Positions 1 to 9,989 of a stretch of 64,000 bases of DNA are shown here, piece by piece (positions within the stretch are counted from its first letter, which is position 1; the number at the start of each line of letters is the position of its first letter). The position numbers were made by a program, and so were the translations under genes. Source of the stretch: an uncultured Pelagibacteraceae bacterium (GTDB lineage: Bacteria > Pseudomonadota > Alphaproteobacteria > Pelagibacterales > AG-422-B15). The notes below the pieces were generated by a model, which worked only from the letters and a program-made list of their open reading frames with translations, had not been told where the DNA came from and did not search any database. The DNA lies in the NCBI GenBank assembly GCA_902571005.1, contig CACGAG010000001.1, positions 40,449 to 104,448 of the forward strand. The letters run 5' to 3'.

Positions 1-2
1 GG

Positions 3-578
3 CGAGCTGCCCAAATTGCACAACTTCACGAAGTTCCTGCAGTTGTAAGAAAACTAGATGATCAAGAAGCGTTGGAAATAGCAATTATAGAAAATGTACA
101 ACGTTCTGATCTATCACCAATTGAAGAAGCCGCTGGATATAAAAGATTAATTGAAAACTACGGACATACCCAAGAAGCACTTGCAGAAATTGTTGGTAAA
201 AGCAGAAGTCATATTGCAAATATAATTAGATTACTCGGCTTACCTCAGTCCATTCAAGATATGATTTCAGAGGGAAAAATTTCATCAGGACATGCTCGAG
301 CTATTATGAATAGTGCTTTTCCAGAACAACTAGCAGAAAAAATTGTTAGTGAAAATTTAAGCGTAAGAGCCGCAGAAGACCTTGCTAAACAGAGAAAGCC
401 TGGAGTTAAAAAAGTTAAATTAAAAGACCCAGATACTGTTGATTTAGAAAATAATTTGACAGCAAAGCTCGGATTAAGTGTATCGATTGATCATAAAGGA
501 AAAAAAGGCGGCTCAATTAAAATAGAATATAAGACACTTGATCAATTAGAATTAGTAACCGCTAAATTAAAAAACTAA
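3..578 (+). CDS. parB: ParB/Spo0J chromosome-partitioning protein, C-terminal part (5' end outside window)
   Basis: The frame is open from the window edge (RAAQIAQLHEVPAVVRKLDDQEALEIAIIENVQRSDLSPIEEA...), so the start at 72 in the ORF track is internal. ParB motifs are IENVQRxDL and the HTH 'GKSRSHIANIIRLLGLP'. Confidence 0.9.
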   Translation, partial: RAAQIAQLHEVPAVVRKLDDQEALEIAIIENVQRSDLSPIEEAAGYKRLIENYGHTQEALAEIVGKSRSHIANIIRLLGLPQSIQDMISEGKISSGHARAIMNSAFPEQLAEKIVSENLSVRAAEDLAKQRKPGVKKVKLKDPDTVDLENNLTAKLGLSVSIDHKGKKGGSIKIEYKTLDQLELVTAKLKN

Positions 579-1600
579 TTTTTAAAATATTGCCTTCCAT
601 CATTTGCAATTAATAAAATTGATTTTTCACAATTTACATTTGCTAATTTACTATTCAGTTTACATGCGACTTCAGTCTCTAATAGCTTGTTAAGGCTTGA
701 CTCCACACTAAGTAAGGGCCATTTCAGACAATGTTTTTGAAAACTGTCTTTATCTTTCCAGAAAACGGGTGGTTTCAGTGTCTTAATTGAACTATCAAAG
801 TTATTGCCTTTCTTCATTTCAATCTTGGTTTGTTGAATTCTTAATAAGTAATTTATTAGACTTCTGACGAGGCTAATTGGACTTGTTCCCTCTGATAAAA
901 GTTTATTTATTATTTTGGAACTCATAGATGGATTTCCAAACATAACATATTCATTCATTTTATTTAAATTTTGAGAACTTGAGTCATTGAGTAAAATTTT
1001 TACCTCCTCTAACTCAATATTTGAGTCAGAGTTTTTATAAAATAATTCAATTTTTTCGAGTTCACGTTTGCTTATCATCCGGTCATTACTTAGTGATTGA
1101 AGCAGATAATTTTTGATATCACGGTTTAGTTCAAGGCCATTCATTCTTGTAAACTCATCAATATTTTTCATTATTGAACGACCATCATCTTCATAACATG
1201 CTAGTGAAAAACAGTTTTTGTGCTCCTCAAAAAATTTTCTAATTTTTGAAGATTTACCTAAACTGCCTTCCCTTATAATGAGAACTGCTTGTTGAGGCGT
1301 CTTTAAAACAATCTCTTCAATTATGCTTAAGTGCTTGTCTTTTATTGCATCAGCTATCACGATTTTTTTTTTGAAGAACATTGATACTGACCTTATTATC
1401 GTCTCAAGGGAGCCAGGGTCATCATCTAAATTTTTGCCATTAAAACGAATTTCTTCGAAATCACCTTTAGATAAATAATTTTTTGCCAATTTTTCAATCT
1501 GATCTCTAACAAGCCCCTCATTTGGACCATATATCAAAAAATTTAAGAATTGAGTGTCATCCCTAACAATGTTTTGTAGCTGATGCTCCTTGATGATCAT
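575..1600 (-). CDS. holA: DNA polymerase III delta subunit
   Basis: 341 aa. Abuts lptE with a 0-nt gap in the conserved proteobacterial leuS-lptE-holA string. N-terminal 'FLIYGPNEGLV' is a clamp-loader-like segment. Confidence 0.8.
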   Translation of the reverse strand: MIIKEHQLQNIVRDDTQFLNFLIYGPNEGLVRDQIEKLAKNYLSKGDFEEIRFNGKNLDDDPGSLETIIRSVSMFFKKKIVIADAIKDKHLSIIEEIVLKTPQQAVLIIREGSLGKSSKIRKFFEEHKNCFSLACYEDDGRSIMKNIDEFTRMNGLELNRDIKNYLLQSLSNDRMISKRELEKIELFYKNSDSNIELEEVKILLNDSSSQNLNKMNEYVMFGNPSMSSKIINKLLSEGTSPISLVRSLINYLLRIQQTKIEMKKGNNFDSSIKTLKPPVFWKDKDSFQKHCLKWPLLSVESSLNKLLETEVACKLNSKLANVNCEKSILLIANDGRQYFKN

Positions 1601-2068
1601 CTATCTTGCAATGCTACTTTGGATTCTAGATGTCATTATTTTGATAGCATTTTTAGTTGCAATTTTGGTCATACTTTTTCTGGTGTCTTCATTAATGATT
1701 TCTGATGCAGTGACATCATATTGAGCAAAACCCCTAGTAGTCCCAGTAGAAATGGTTTGATTAATATCTATTTTTATCAGTTTGTAATCTATTTCTATTT
1801 CAATTCTATATTTTGCCACTGTTCCGTTTGTGTTTACAATTAGTGGAGTTAAATCTTCGTATATTTGCAGTAAAACTTTATATTTTAGGTTCTTACCTTC
1901 TAGAATATTGCTATTAACTTCTTCAATTATCTCTCTTGAAACTTTATTAGTAATTTCTACAGAGTAGCCATCTACGTTAACATCATCACTTGTAACTTTA
2001 TAAATTGGTTCAAAACCACAACCTAAGAATAATAAAAAAATTGTTAAAGTCGCTAACAGTTTACTCAT
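1601..2068 (-). CDS. lptE: LPS-assembly lipoprotein LptE
   Basis: 155 aa with a lipoprotein signal peptide and lipobox (LFLGC). Lies in the position between leuS and holA. Confidence 0.75.
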   Translation of the reverse strand: MSKLLATLTIFLLFLGCGFEPIYKVTSDDVNVDGYSVEITNKVSREIIEEVNSNILEGKNLKYKVLLQIYEDLTPLIVNTNGTVAKYRIEIEIDYKLIKIDINQTISTGTTRGFAQYDVTASEIINEDTRKSMTKIATKNAIKIMTSRIQSSIAR

Positions 2069-3771
2069 GGTTTTAACTCCAATAACATTTCAGATAAATA
2101 TTCCTCGTATTTTTTCCATGCTCCAATAGATTTATTGTTTATTGGTTTTCTGACTTGTTCGATGCTCGCTGTTCTGACTTGTCTTTTATTTTTATGAAAC
2201 TCTAAACATTGATCTTCCCATTCTAGCTCACAATAATCAATTAATTTTTTTGACACAGTTTCTTGATTGTTAACTAATTCTTCGTTGTCTAAAACAAAAA
2301 TATCATTTGCATTTTTTTTAAACCAAAATTTCATTAGGTCTTGATGCAGTTTATAATATGCAGCTAACATTTTCTGATTGTAGGAATATTGATGAGAGAC
2401 TTCCACAAATTTATGTGAGTATAATGAAAAACAGTTATCGACAGGATCCCTTTTACAGTAGATTACCTTTGCTTCAGGTACAATCAGTTTGATCAATCCA
2501 ATAAATATAAAATTATGTGGCATTTTATCACAAATATAGATGGAGTCGTTGCTATCTCGTTTGGATAGCTTATCGAGATATTGCTCCCTGGCGGTAATTA
2601 AATTTTCAGGGTTTTTAATAAAAGAATCAAGATTATTTATTTGATCTTCGGTTGGTTGAATTAAACGAATGTTAAGAACTTCGGCTAGATAATCCAACTC
2701 TCCCGCACCAGTAATTTTTGAATGAGAAGAAAGTATTTGTTCACATAGAGTCGTTCCTGACCTTGGCATTCCACATACAAAGATCGGTATTTGTTTATTA
2801 ATTTTGTCTTTAATTTCAAGATCAACTTTTTTTGAAAAAATACTTTGTAATTTTTTAAAAAAGTTTTTTTCGATTTCTAAATTGAATTTTTTGAGGGAAT
2901 ATTGAGCGTTATTTCCATTTATGAGATAAGATCCTGCTTTTTTATACTCACGTTGATTTTTAAAATATTCAAAAAAAGAATGGCATATCAGTGTTTTATC
3001 TTCAAAATTAAGTCTTTCTTCCGTCAAAAGCTGATCATAATATTTTATATGCTCTTCTTTCAGCTTGTTATTTTTATCCTTAGTGTAGCCTAACAAATAA
3101 GCAATATTTTTATAATCATTTTTGAAACCCTCAGAAGATATTTTGTTTGCTTTTTTAAACTCTCCTATCTCTCTGTACGCTGTTGACAAGTTGTGTTTAA
3201 AATTGTCATTGTCAGGAAAATTTTTATTTAATTCTTCTAGTATATCAATTGCTTCTTCAACCCGGTTATTAATAATTAGGGCTTTAGCACATTGATCTAA
3301 AGCTATCGGGTTACCTGGTTGTATCTTTATTGATAGCTGTGAATAATAAAGAGCATTTTTTGGGTCATTAATTTTATGGTAATAACCTGCTAAATTATTA
3401 ATTGTTGGTACATAGCTTGAATTAATTTTAAATGACTGACTTAAGCATTTATGTGCTAGTTCGTAATTTTTATTCTCCATGTGTATTGTTGCTAAATTAC
3501 TAAGGGCCTGAAATCCCTTTGGATTGACTTTCAATGCCTGGAGAAAATAATTATAAGCCTTTTCGTATTGTTCTAAATCTTGATAGAGAATACCTAAGTG
3601 TCTTATAGCCTCATAATTTGCGGGTTCGCTTGATAAAACTTTATTATATAAAGTTTCAGCTTTACTGTAATTTTTGTTCGTGTGGAGTCTTATACCCTCG
3701 AGCAAATCTTGGTTGACTGTCTGATTGAGTTTATTATTTTTTTTCTGTCTTCTTCGTTCGTGTCTATTCAT
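2065..3771 (-). CDS. TPR-repeat protein with C-terminal PAPS-type sulfotransferase domain
   Basis: The N-terminal half is tandem TPR-like units (e.g. [32 protein letters not shown]). The C-terminal half has the sulfotransferase 5'-PSB loop '[14 protein letters not shown]' and a 3'-PB-like '[14 protein letters not shown]'. It has 4-nt ATGA overlaps with leuS (3768-3771) and lptE (2065-2068). Confidence 0.8.
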   Translation of the reverse strand: MNRHERRRQKKNNKLNQTVNQDLLEGIRLHTNKNYSKAETLYNKVLSSEPANYEAIRHLGILYQDLEQYEKAYNYFLQALKVNPKGFQALSNLATIHMENKNYELAHKCLSQSFKINSSYVPTINNLAGYYHKINDPKNALYYSQLSIKIQPGNPIALDQCAKALIINNRVEEAIDILEELNKNFPDNDNFKHNLSTAYREIGEFKKANKISSEGFKNDYKNIAYLLGYTKDKNNKLKEEHIKYYDQLLTEERLNFEDKTLICHSFFEYFKNQREYKKAGSYLINGNNAQYSLKKFNLEIEKNFFKKLQSIFSKKVDLEIKDKINKQIPIFVCGMPRSGTTLCEQILSSHSKITGAGELDYLAEVLNIRLIQPTEDQINNLDSFIKNPENLITAREQYLDKLSKRDSNDSIYICDKMPHNFIFIGLIKLIVPEAKVIYCKRDPVDNCFSLYSHKFVEVSHQYSYNQKMLAAYYKLHQDLMKFWFKKNANDIFVLDNEELVNNQETVSKKLIDYCELEWEDQCLEFHKNKRQVRTASIEQVRKPINNKSIGAWKKYEEYLSEMLLELKP

Positions 3772-6338
3772 TTTTCAACAACAATGTTAAGTATTTTATT
3801 TGGAACATAGATTGATTTTAATATATTTTTTCCCGATAAGGCGTCTGTTATGTTTTTGATATTTTTAATTTCTTTTTCAACCTCTTTTTCTGATGTATCT
3901 TTTGAAACAATAACTTCTCCACGCCGTTTACCATTTATCTGAATGACAACAGTTACCTCTTTATTTTCTAAATACTTTGTGTTTGTTGTTGGCCAAGGCT
4001 CGTCCATAATTGATTTATTTTTTCCAACTACTGACCAACATTCTTCAGCCAGGTGAGGAACCATTGGCTCGATTACTCTAATTAGGATGTGCAATGCCTC
4101 ATTCATTGCCTCCTTGCCTTCCTCATCTTCTATCTGAAATTTAGAAATTGCGTTAACTATCTCAAAAACTTTTGCAATTGAGACATTCATTTGAAATTTC
4201 TCAATGCTCTGAGTTATGGCATGAAGGTTTTGATGAATAATTCTTATAAAATCTAGCGATTTTCCCTGATATGTTTTGTCATTACTGTTTGTTGTTTGTT
4301 TAAGGTTTTTCCTATTATTTTGAACAATCGTCCAAATTTTCTGACAAATCTTCCAAGCCCCATTAATACCCGAGTCCGTCCAATTAATGTCTTTTTCAGG
4401 GGGACTGTCAGATAACATAAACCATCTTGCTGAATCGGCTCCATATGTACTTATTATTGATTCAGGATCAATTACGTTTTTCTTTGATTTCGACATCGAT
4501 TCAATTTCTCCCATAGTAACCTGTTTACCAGTGGATATTTGAAAATACTTAGAGTTTTTCTTCTCTACATCATCAGGATAAACCCAGGCATCAGACTCAT
4601 TTTGAAACGTGTGATGACAAACCATGCCTTGTGTAAATAGGCTATCAAAAGGCTCATCCATTCCTTTGATGCTGAGTGCTTTAGTAAAAAATCTAGAGTA
4701 CAATAAATGTAGAATAGCATGCTCAACACCGCCAACGTATTGATCGACTGGCATCCAATAATTAATTTCATCTAAGTTAAAGGGCTCTTTTGTCTCAAGC
4801 GGTGAACAAAATCTCAAAAAATACCATGCTGAGTCGACAAAAGTATCAAGCGTGTCTGTTTCTCTGATAGCATTCATTCCTGTTTCAGGACACTTTGTGA
4901 ATTTCCACTCTGGATGATTGTTAAGAGGATTACCGGGTATGCTTAAATCAATATCATCTGGCAATTCTAATGGCAGTTGGTCCTCAGGGACTTCAATTAC
5001 CTTACCGTCTTCTCTATACATAATTGGAATTGGGCATCCCCAATATCTTTGCCGAGAGACACCCCAATCGCGTAACCTAAAGTTCGTAGTTTTCTTTCCA
5101 ATATGAAGTTCTTCCACTCTTTTGATGATTTCTTTCTTAGCTTCTTCAATAGATAGACCATTTAAAAATTGAGAATTAATAAGTTTACCACTTCCAGTGT
5201 AAGCAGTTTTTTTATCAAGTTCGATATTGTCAGATGGATTTATCACTGGGATAATTTCTAAATTATATTTATTAGCAAAATCTAAGTCTCTTTGGTCATG
5301 CGCAGGACAACCATAAATAGCTCCAGATCCATAATCCATTAAGATGAAGTTTGCTATAAAGACTGGAAGTAATTTATTCTCAATAAAAGGATGTTTAATA
5401 AATAGCTCTGTCGGAACGCCAACTTTCTCGTTTTTGGCTATCGATTCTTCGCTTATTTTATGTGATCTTAATTCATTGACTTGATTATTAAGGGTTTCAC
5501 TTTGTTTTATTAACCTGTCCACAAAGGGATGAAAGGGAGACAAAGCACAAAAAGTAGCTCCAAAAATGGTGTCAGGACGAGTCGTAAATATTCTTAACTT
5601 TTCATTATTGAATTCATCTAATTTTGAAGAAATAACAAAATCAATTTCACATCCAAAAGATTTTCCAATCCAATTTTTTTGCATTATTCTGACTTTTTCT
5701 GGCCATCCAGACATATCATCCAAAGCTTTAAGAAGGCTTTCCGCATAGTCAGTAATTTTAAAAAACCATTGAGAAAGTTTCTTTTGTTCTACCTCAGCTC
5801 CTGATCGCCAACCTTTACCATCAATAACTTGTTCGTTTGCAAGCACCGTATTTTCAACTGGATCCCAGTTCACTAGCGACTCTTTTTTGTAAATTAAATT
5901 TTTTCGGTAAAATTTTAAAAAAAGTTTTTGTTGGTTTTGATAATAAAGTTTGTCACATGTTGCAATTTCTCTAGACCAATCAATTGAAAGACCCATTTGC
6001 TTTAATTGATTTTTCATCGTCTCAATATTTTCATAAGTCCAAGTTTTTGGAGAAGTTTTATTTTCTATTGCCGCATTTTCAGCTGGCAAGCCAAATGCGT
6101 CCCACCCCATTGGATGCATCACGTTAAATCCTTGAGCTCTTTTGTACCTTGCAATTACATCCCCCAATGTATAATTGCGGACGTGCCCCATGTGAATTTT
6201 TCCGGAAGGGTACGGAAACATTTCAAGTATGTAATATTTTTTTTTATTTTTATCTATCTTGCATTCAAATAACTTATTTTCAGACCAATAAGATTGCCAC
6301 TTCTTTTCAATAATTTTTGAATTATATTTTTCTGACAT
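3768..6338 (-). CDS. leuS: Leucine--tRNA ligase
   Basis: 856 aa. Class I aaRS motifs '[15 protein letters not shown]' (HIGH) and 'KMSKSKKN' (KMSKS). Full-length LeuS architecture. Confidence 0.97.
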   Translation of the reverse strand: MSEKYNSKIIEKKWQSYWSENKLFECKIDKNKKKYYILEMFPYPSGKIHMGHVRNYTLGDVIARYKRAQGFNVMHPMGWDAFGLPAENAAIENKTSPKTWTYENIETMKNQLKQMGLSIDWSREIATCDKLYYQNQQKLFLKFYRKNLIYKKESLVNWDPVENTVLANEQVIDGKGWRSGAEVEQKKLSQWFFKITDYAESLLKALDDMSGWPEKVRIMQKNWIGKSFGCEIDFVISSKLDEFNNEKLRIFTTRPDTIFGATFCALSPFHPFVDRLIKQSETLNNQVNELRSHKISEESIAKNEKVGVPTELFIKHPFIENKLLPVFIANFILMDYGSGAIYGCPAHDQRDLDFANKYNLEIIPVINPSDNIELDKKTAYTGSGKLINSQFLNGLSIEEAKKEIIKRVEELHIGKKTTNFRLRDWGVSRQRYWGCPIPIMYREDGKVIEVPEDQLPLELPDDIDLSIPGNPLNNHPEWKFTKCPETGMNAIRETDTLDTFVDSAWYFLRFCSPLETKEPFNLDEINYWMPVDQYVGGVEHAILHLLYSRFFTKALSIKGMDEPFDSLFTQGMVCHHTFQNESDAWVYPDDVEKKNSKYFQISTGKQVTMGEIESMSKSKKNVIDPESIISTYGADSARWFMLSDSPPEKDINWTDSGINGAWKICQKIWTIVQNNRKNLKQTTNSNDKTYQGKSLDFIRIIHQNLHAITQSIEKFQMNVSIAKVFEIVNAISKFQIEDEEGKEAMNEALHILIRVIEPMVPHLAEECWSVVGKNKSIMDEPWPTTNTKYLENKEVTVVIQINGKRRGEVIVSKDTSEKEVEKEIKNIKNITDALSGKNILKSIYVPNKILNIVVEK

Positions 6339-6356
6339 GAATCACTATTTATGAAC

Positions 6357-6893
6357 TTAAAGCTCTGAAGCAATTGCTAATGATCTTGCTGAATTTAAAA
6401 TACTTTGTTTTATTTTTAAGCTTTGTTCTGAATTAATACCTTGATCAATCCACTTTTCACCATCTGAAGATTGCGTAAATAGCGATACCGTTACACTCTC
6501 ATCTGTCATTTCTTGATCAACGACTCGTATGTTTATTTTGATTCTACTTTGGCCATCATCTAGACTGTACCAGTCCGTAACAATAATCCCTGCTGTTGAG
6601 TCAACAGAGATCAAAGGCATAAATCCAACTTTATCTAATGCCACACTAAATGTTATTGAGTTAACTTCGAAGTTCGTGCCTGAACCAAGTCCCAGTGACC
6701 CAAGAATGCCCTGGCCGGAGTTCTCTATTATTGAACTTCCGCTTGGCAAACGAAGATCTCTATCTTCAGCTTTTTCCGTTAATACCTTTTCTTCCTGAGA
6801 TTTATAAGACTCAGGTTCATCCTGTAACCCTTGAATCTGGGCACAAGAATTAATAAAAATAAATAAAATTGCTAAAATTATAGGTTTTTTCAT
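6357..6893 (-). CDS. DUF3576-family lipoprotein
   Basis: Signal peptide plus lipobox (FINSC). The core 'VNSITFSVALDKVGFMPLISVDSTAGIIVTDWY...RIKINI' matches my memory of the alphaproteobacterial DUF3576 pattern. Not searched. Confidence 0.6.
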   Translation of the reverse strand: MKKPIILAILFIFINSCAQIQGLQDEPESYKSQEEKVLTEKAEDRDLRLPSGSSIIENSGQGILGSLGLGSGTNFEVNSITFSVALDKVGFMPLISVDSTAGIIVTDWYSLDDGQSRIKINIRVVDQEMTDESVTVSLFTQSSDGEKWIDQGINSEQSLKIKQSILNSARSLAIASEL

Positions 6894-6991
6894 TATTTTT
6901 TATTGAAATTGAATGTTTTGATCAATTATCATATTTTTAAACTAAAAGATTCAATTAATCCATTTTTCTTATTTTTTAAACAAAAATTGAT

Positions 6992-7036
6992 TGTGACATA
7001 AATATCACATATACACATAAAAATGTGATATTTATG
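6992..7036. promoter_or_regulatory. Inverted-repeat element in the divergent DUF3576/porin promoter region
   Basis: CATAAATATCACAT (6997-7010) is the exact reverse complement of ATGTGATATTTATG (7023-7036), with a 12-nt spacer. The same stretch contains TGTGA(6992-6996)-N8-TCACA(7005-7009) and a third TGTGA at 7024-7028. Confidence 0.4.
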
Positions 7037-7125
7037 AAATTATCTTTAAAAAAAACCACTATTTTTGATAAAAGAGTTACCAGTTAAATTTAACTATGAT
7101 CAATTATCATATGAAAGGAAATTTT

Positions 7126-8097
7126 ATGAATAGATCAAAAATAATCGGAGCAACCGCTTTAGCTTCAGTAATGGCTGCTGGTGCAGCTCATGCTGAAATG
7201 TCTATTAACGGTTATTTCGCTGGTACGTTGTCAGATAACGACGGTGGTGGATTAGCATCAACGTTTTCTACAAACTCTATATACGTATCTTACAGCGACT
7301 CTATGGATAACGGTATGGGCGTTGGCTTAACAATGTCTGTTACTGCTGCTGGCATCAAAACTGATGTCAACTTCGACACAGGTATGGGTACTGTCGGTTT
7401 AGGTATCGGTCAAGACTCTGCTGTGGACGGCATGGACTCAAACCCAGCATGTTTCTCACTAGTAAATTGCTGGAACGTTGCATTTAGTGGTAAAGGCGGC
7501 GGAACTGGAGTTTATGACGATGGTGACGCAGTATCCGGTAACTCAATTGCATACTCAAACTCAGTAGGTGGAGTATCTTTTAAAGTTACTAGAGGTATGG
7601 AAACTGATAGCGTTGCAGCTGTAGCTGGTGATGTAGATGGCCACACTCCTGGTGATGGAACATACACACTTGGTAACGCTGCTTCTACAGGCTATGACGC
7701 TACAATGTCATATGCTGCTAAAACATCAATCATGGGTGCATCAATCGCTGCTGGTGTGTCACAAATTGATTACAAAGGCTCTGCTACTGATAAGGATCCA
7801 AACTTCTTAACTGTTGGTTATTCAATAGCTGGCCTTAACTTAGGTTATGCAATGTATGACTCTGATGACGGTTCAGAAGAAACTCACATGGGTGTAGGTA
7901 CATCTGTAGCTGGTATGGACGTAGGTGTTCAGTTCGCTGACAGAGATTACACTACTGACACTGATTACATGAGAGTATCTGTTAATAAAGGAATGGGTGC
8001 CGCTTCTTTCGGTATCGATTATCTTGAAACAGATGAAGCTGGTGGAACAGCAAATGACACTGATCAGTGGACATTTAACTATGTAGTTGGATTCTAA
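7126..8097 (+). CDS. Outer-membrane porin-like beta-barrel protein
   Basis: Start moved to ATG 7126, which has an upstream GAAAGGAA RBS. Signal peptide is MNRSKIIGATALASVMAAGAAHA. Gly/Asp/Thr-rich with alternating beta-strand pattern and a C-terminal '...WTFNYVVGF' aromatic OMP signature. Confidence 0.7.
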   Translation: MNRSKIIGATALASVMAAGAAHAEMSINGYFAGTLSDNDGGGLASTFSTNSIYVSYSDSMDNGMGVGLTMSVTAAGIKTDVNFDTGMGTVGLGIGQDSAVDGMDSNPACFSLVNCWNVAFSGKGGGTGVYDDGDAVSGNSIAYSNSVGGVSFKVTRGMETDSVAAVAGDVDGHTPGDGTYTLGNAASTGYDATMSYAAKTSIMGASIAAGVSQIDYKGSATDKDPNFLTVGYSIAGLNLGYAMYDSDDGSEETHMGVGTSVAGMDVGVQFADRDYTTDTDYMRVSVNKGMGAASFGIDYLETDEAGGTANDTDQWTFNYVVGF

Positions 8098-8122
8098 TCA
8101 TCTAATTATTAGTTTAAGATTT

Positions 8123-8158
8123 AAAATGCCCTACATCTATTTGTAGGGCATTTTTTTT
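8123..8158 (+). terminator. Rho-independent terminator after the porin gene
   Basis: Perfect 13-bp stem AAAATGCCCTACA (8123-8135) / TGTAGGGCATTTT (8142-8154) with a 6-nt loop, running into a T8 tract that ends at the yggS start codon. Confidence 0.8.
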
Positions 8159-8812
8159 ATGAGTAGATATAAAAATTTTTTGAGCAGTTTAGAAGTATCT
8201 TTAAAAAGTACTAATAGAAATTCTCAAGACATTAAGCTGATAGCTGTTAGTAAAAAAAAGTCAGCCATAGAGATACAAAAAGTAATCGATGAGGGTCATC
8301 AATCATTTGGAGAAAATCAAATACAGGAAATTGAGGATAAGTGGCCTGGTTTAAAAAAAATTAATTCAAATATCAGTTTGCATTTTATTGGCAGTATACA
8401 AAGTAGAAAAGTTGAGCAAATTTACAAACATTGTGATGTTATTCATTCTATTGATCGAAAAAAAATAGTGAAAAAATTTGATGAGCTAGAAGCATTAGGA
8501 GATATCAAACGTAAATATTTCATACAAATTAATACAGGGAATGAATCACAAAAATCAGGAGTTTTATTGAATGAAGCAGATGAATTTATTTCAGATTGTA
8601 AATCCAACTACAATTTAAATATCGTTGGATTAATGTGTCTACCTCCTATTGATGAAGACCCTAGAAATCATTTTTCAAAGTTGGCAGATCTAGCAAAAAA
8701 ATTTAATTTAAATTGTTTAAGCATGGGTATGTCAGGAGATTATCAAGTTGCCTTAGAGTGCGGTGCCACTCACATAAGAATTGGCACCCATATTTTTGGT
8801 GAGCGAAGTTAA
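8159..8812 (+). CDS. yggS: YggS-family pyridoxal-phosphate homeostasis protein
   Basis: 217 aa. 'LIAVSKKKS...' (PLP lysine) and 'SFGENQIQE' motifs are typical of YggS/PROSC. Confidence 0.85.
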   Translation: MSRYKNFLSSLEVSLKSTNRNSQDIKLIAVSKKKSAIEIQKVIDEGHQSFGENQIQEIEDKWPGLKKINSNISLHFIGSIQSRKVEQIYKHCDVIHSIDRKKIVKKFDELEALGDIKRKYFIQINTGNESQKSGVLLNEADEFISDCKSNYNLNIVGLMCLPPIDEDPRNHFSKLADLAKKFNLNCLSMGMSGDYQVALECGATHIRIGTHIFGERS

Positions 8813-9303
8813 TCTTTTATAATCAGCGTTGTTGTTAAATCTATTTTCTTTGCTAATTCAATAATAACACCTCTTTCTATTGCAATGCATCCCTCGGTTC
8901 CCTCAAAATTTGGTTTGCTTATATGTAAAAATATAGCACTTCCTTTACCCGGTATAACAGGATCAGTGTTATAGTTAATTACAAACAGCAGATCATAAAG
9001 ACCGTCATCTCTAAATAATTTCTCAGCACTTGCATCAAAAGGAAATTGAATATGTTGATTGTATAATCTGCTTTTTGGATCATCGCACCAACCATCATTT
9101 CTTTCAATGGTTGCATAAGGTATTTTGAAAAACATTTCACCCAACCTGTCTTTTCTATAATAAATTTTTTGAAATTTAAATTCACCGACTGGTGTTTTAT
9201 GATCACCTTCAGTTTTATTTGTCGTTAGGCCAGCGCGTCCTATAGCACAAGTCACCTGGCCTAGTTCAGAATGGAGATAATTATTTTGTACCAATAACTT
9301 CAT
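8809..9303 (-). CDS. L,D-transpeptidase (YkuD-like) catalytic-domain protein, no signal peptide
   Basis: C-terminal 'GSAIFLHISKPNFEGTEGCIAIE' matches the YkuD His...Gly-x-Gly-Cys active-site motif. No N-terminal signal sequence is evident. Confidence 0.65.
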   Translation of the reverse strand: MKLLVQNNYLHSELGQVTCAIGRAGLTTNKTEGDHKTPVGEFKFQKIYYRKDRLGEMFFKIPYATIERNDGWCDDPKSRLYNQHIQFPFDASAEKLFRDDGLYDLLFVINYNTDPVIPGKGSAIFLHISKPNFEGTEGCIAIERGVIIELAKKIDLTTTLIIKD

Positions 9304-9328
9304 AATCTATATTATAATCATATAAGAA

Positions 9329-9988
9329 ATGGAAAAAAGAATAATCCCAATCATATTTGGAAATGATAAATTAAGACTTATTATTTCCGAAATAGTTGAG
9401 TCTAGAAAAAATTTTGGAAATTTAGATCTTCGACTCGCTAACAAAAATGATTTACATAAAAATAAGAAAAGTATTTTAATTACTGATAGCGAGTTTGTAG
9501 CGAAAGAATCATCTCATGTAATTAAATTTGACTCAATCTTTATTATTAATTGTAATGGTGAAACAATTGAAATGGATAAATTTAATAGTAGAATTATTGT
9601 TATAAGTATACCGATGCAAATAAGAGATTTATTTCAACAAGTCTCCATTAGCTTAGATCAAATTGACTCACAAATTGCTCGAAAACTAAATTTTAAAAAT
9701 TTCACCTATGATCCAAGCATGAGGACACTCTCTAATGATAATCTTTATTTAAAATTTACAGAGAAAGAGTCTCAAATTTTCAACAGCCTTATAGATGATG
9801 CTAATACACACATTTCAAAAAAAAACTTATTAAAGAAAGTTTGGAGTTATAACGACGATATCGATACGCATACACTTGAAACCCACATATATTCTCTAAG
9901 AAAAAAAATTGAGAAAAATCTTTTGCTTAAGGATCTAATTATTTTCGTAGATAACAAAGGCTACTTTTTAAATAAAGAAATATTATAG
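9329..9988 (+). CDS. OmpR/PhoB-type winged-helix transcriptional regulator with degenerate receiver-like N-terminus
   Basis: C-terminus 'LKFTEKESQIFNSLI...ISKKNLLKKVWSYNDDIDTHTLETHIYSLRKKIE...NKGYFL' fits the Trans_reg_C pattern. The N-terminal ~110 aa has CheY-like beta/alpha periodicity with 'ILITD' but lacks the DD pocket and the conserved Lys. Confidence 0.7.
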   Translation: MEKRIIPIIFGNDKLRLIISEIVESRKNFGNLDLRLANKNDLHKNKKSILITDSEFVAKESSHVIKFDSIFIINCNGETIEMDKFNSRIIVISIPMQIRDLFQQVSISLDQIDSQIARKLNFKNFTYDPSMRTLSNDNLYLKFTEKESQIFNSLIDDANTHISKKNLLKKVWSYNDDIDTHTLETHIYSLRKKIEKNLLLKDLIIFVDNKGYFLNKEIL

Positions 9989-9989
9989 A

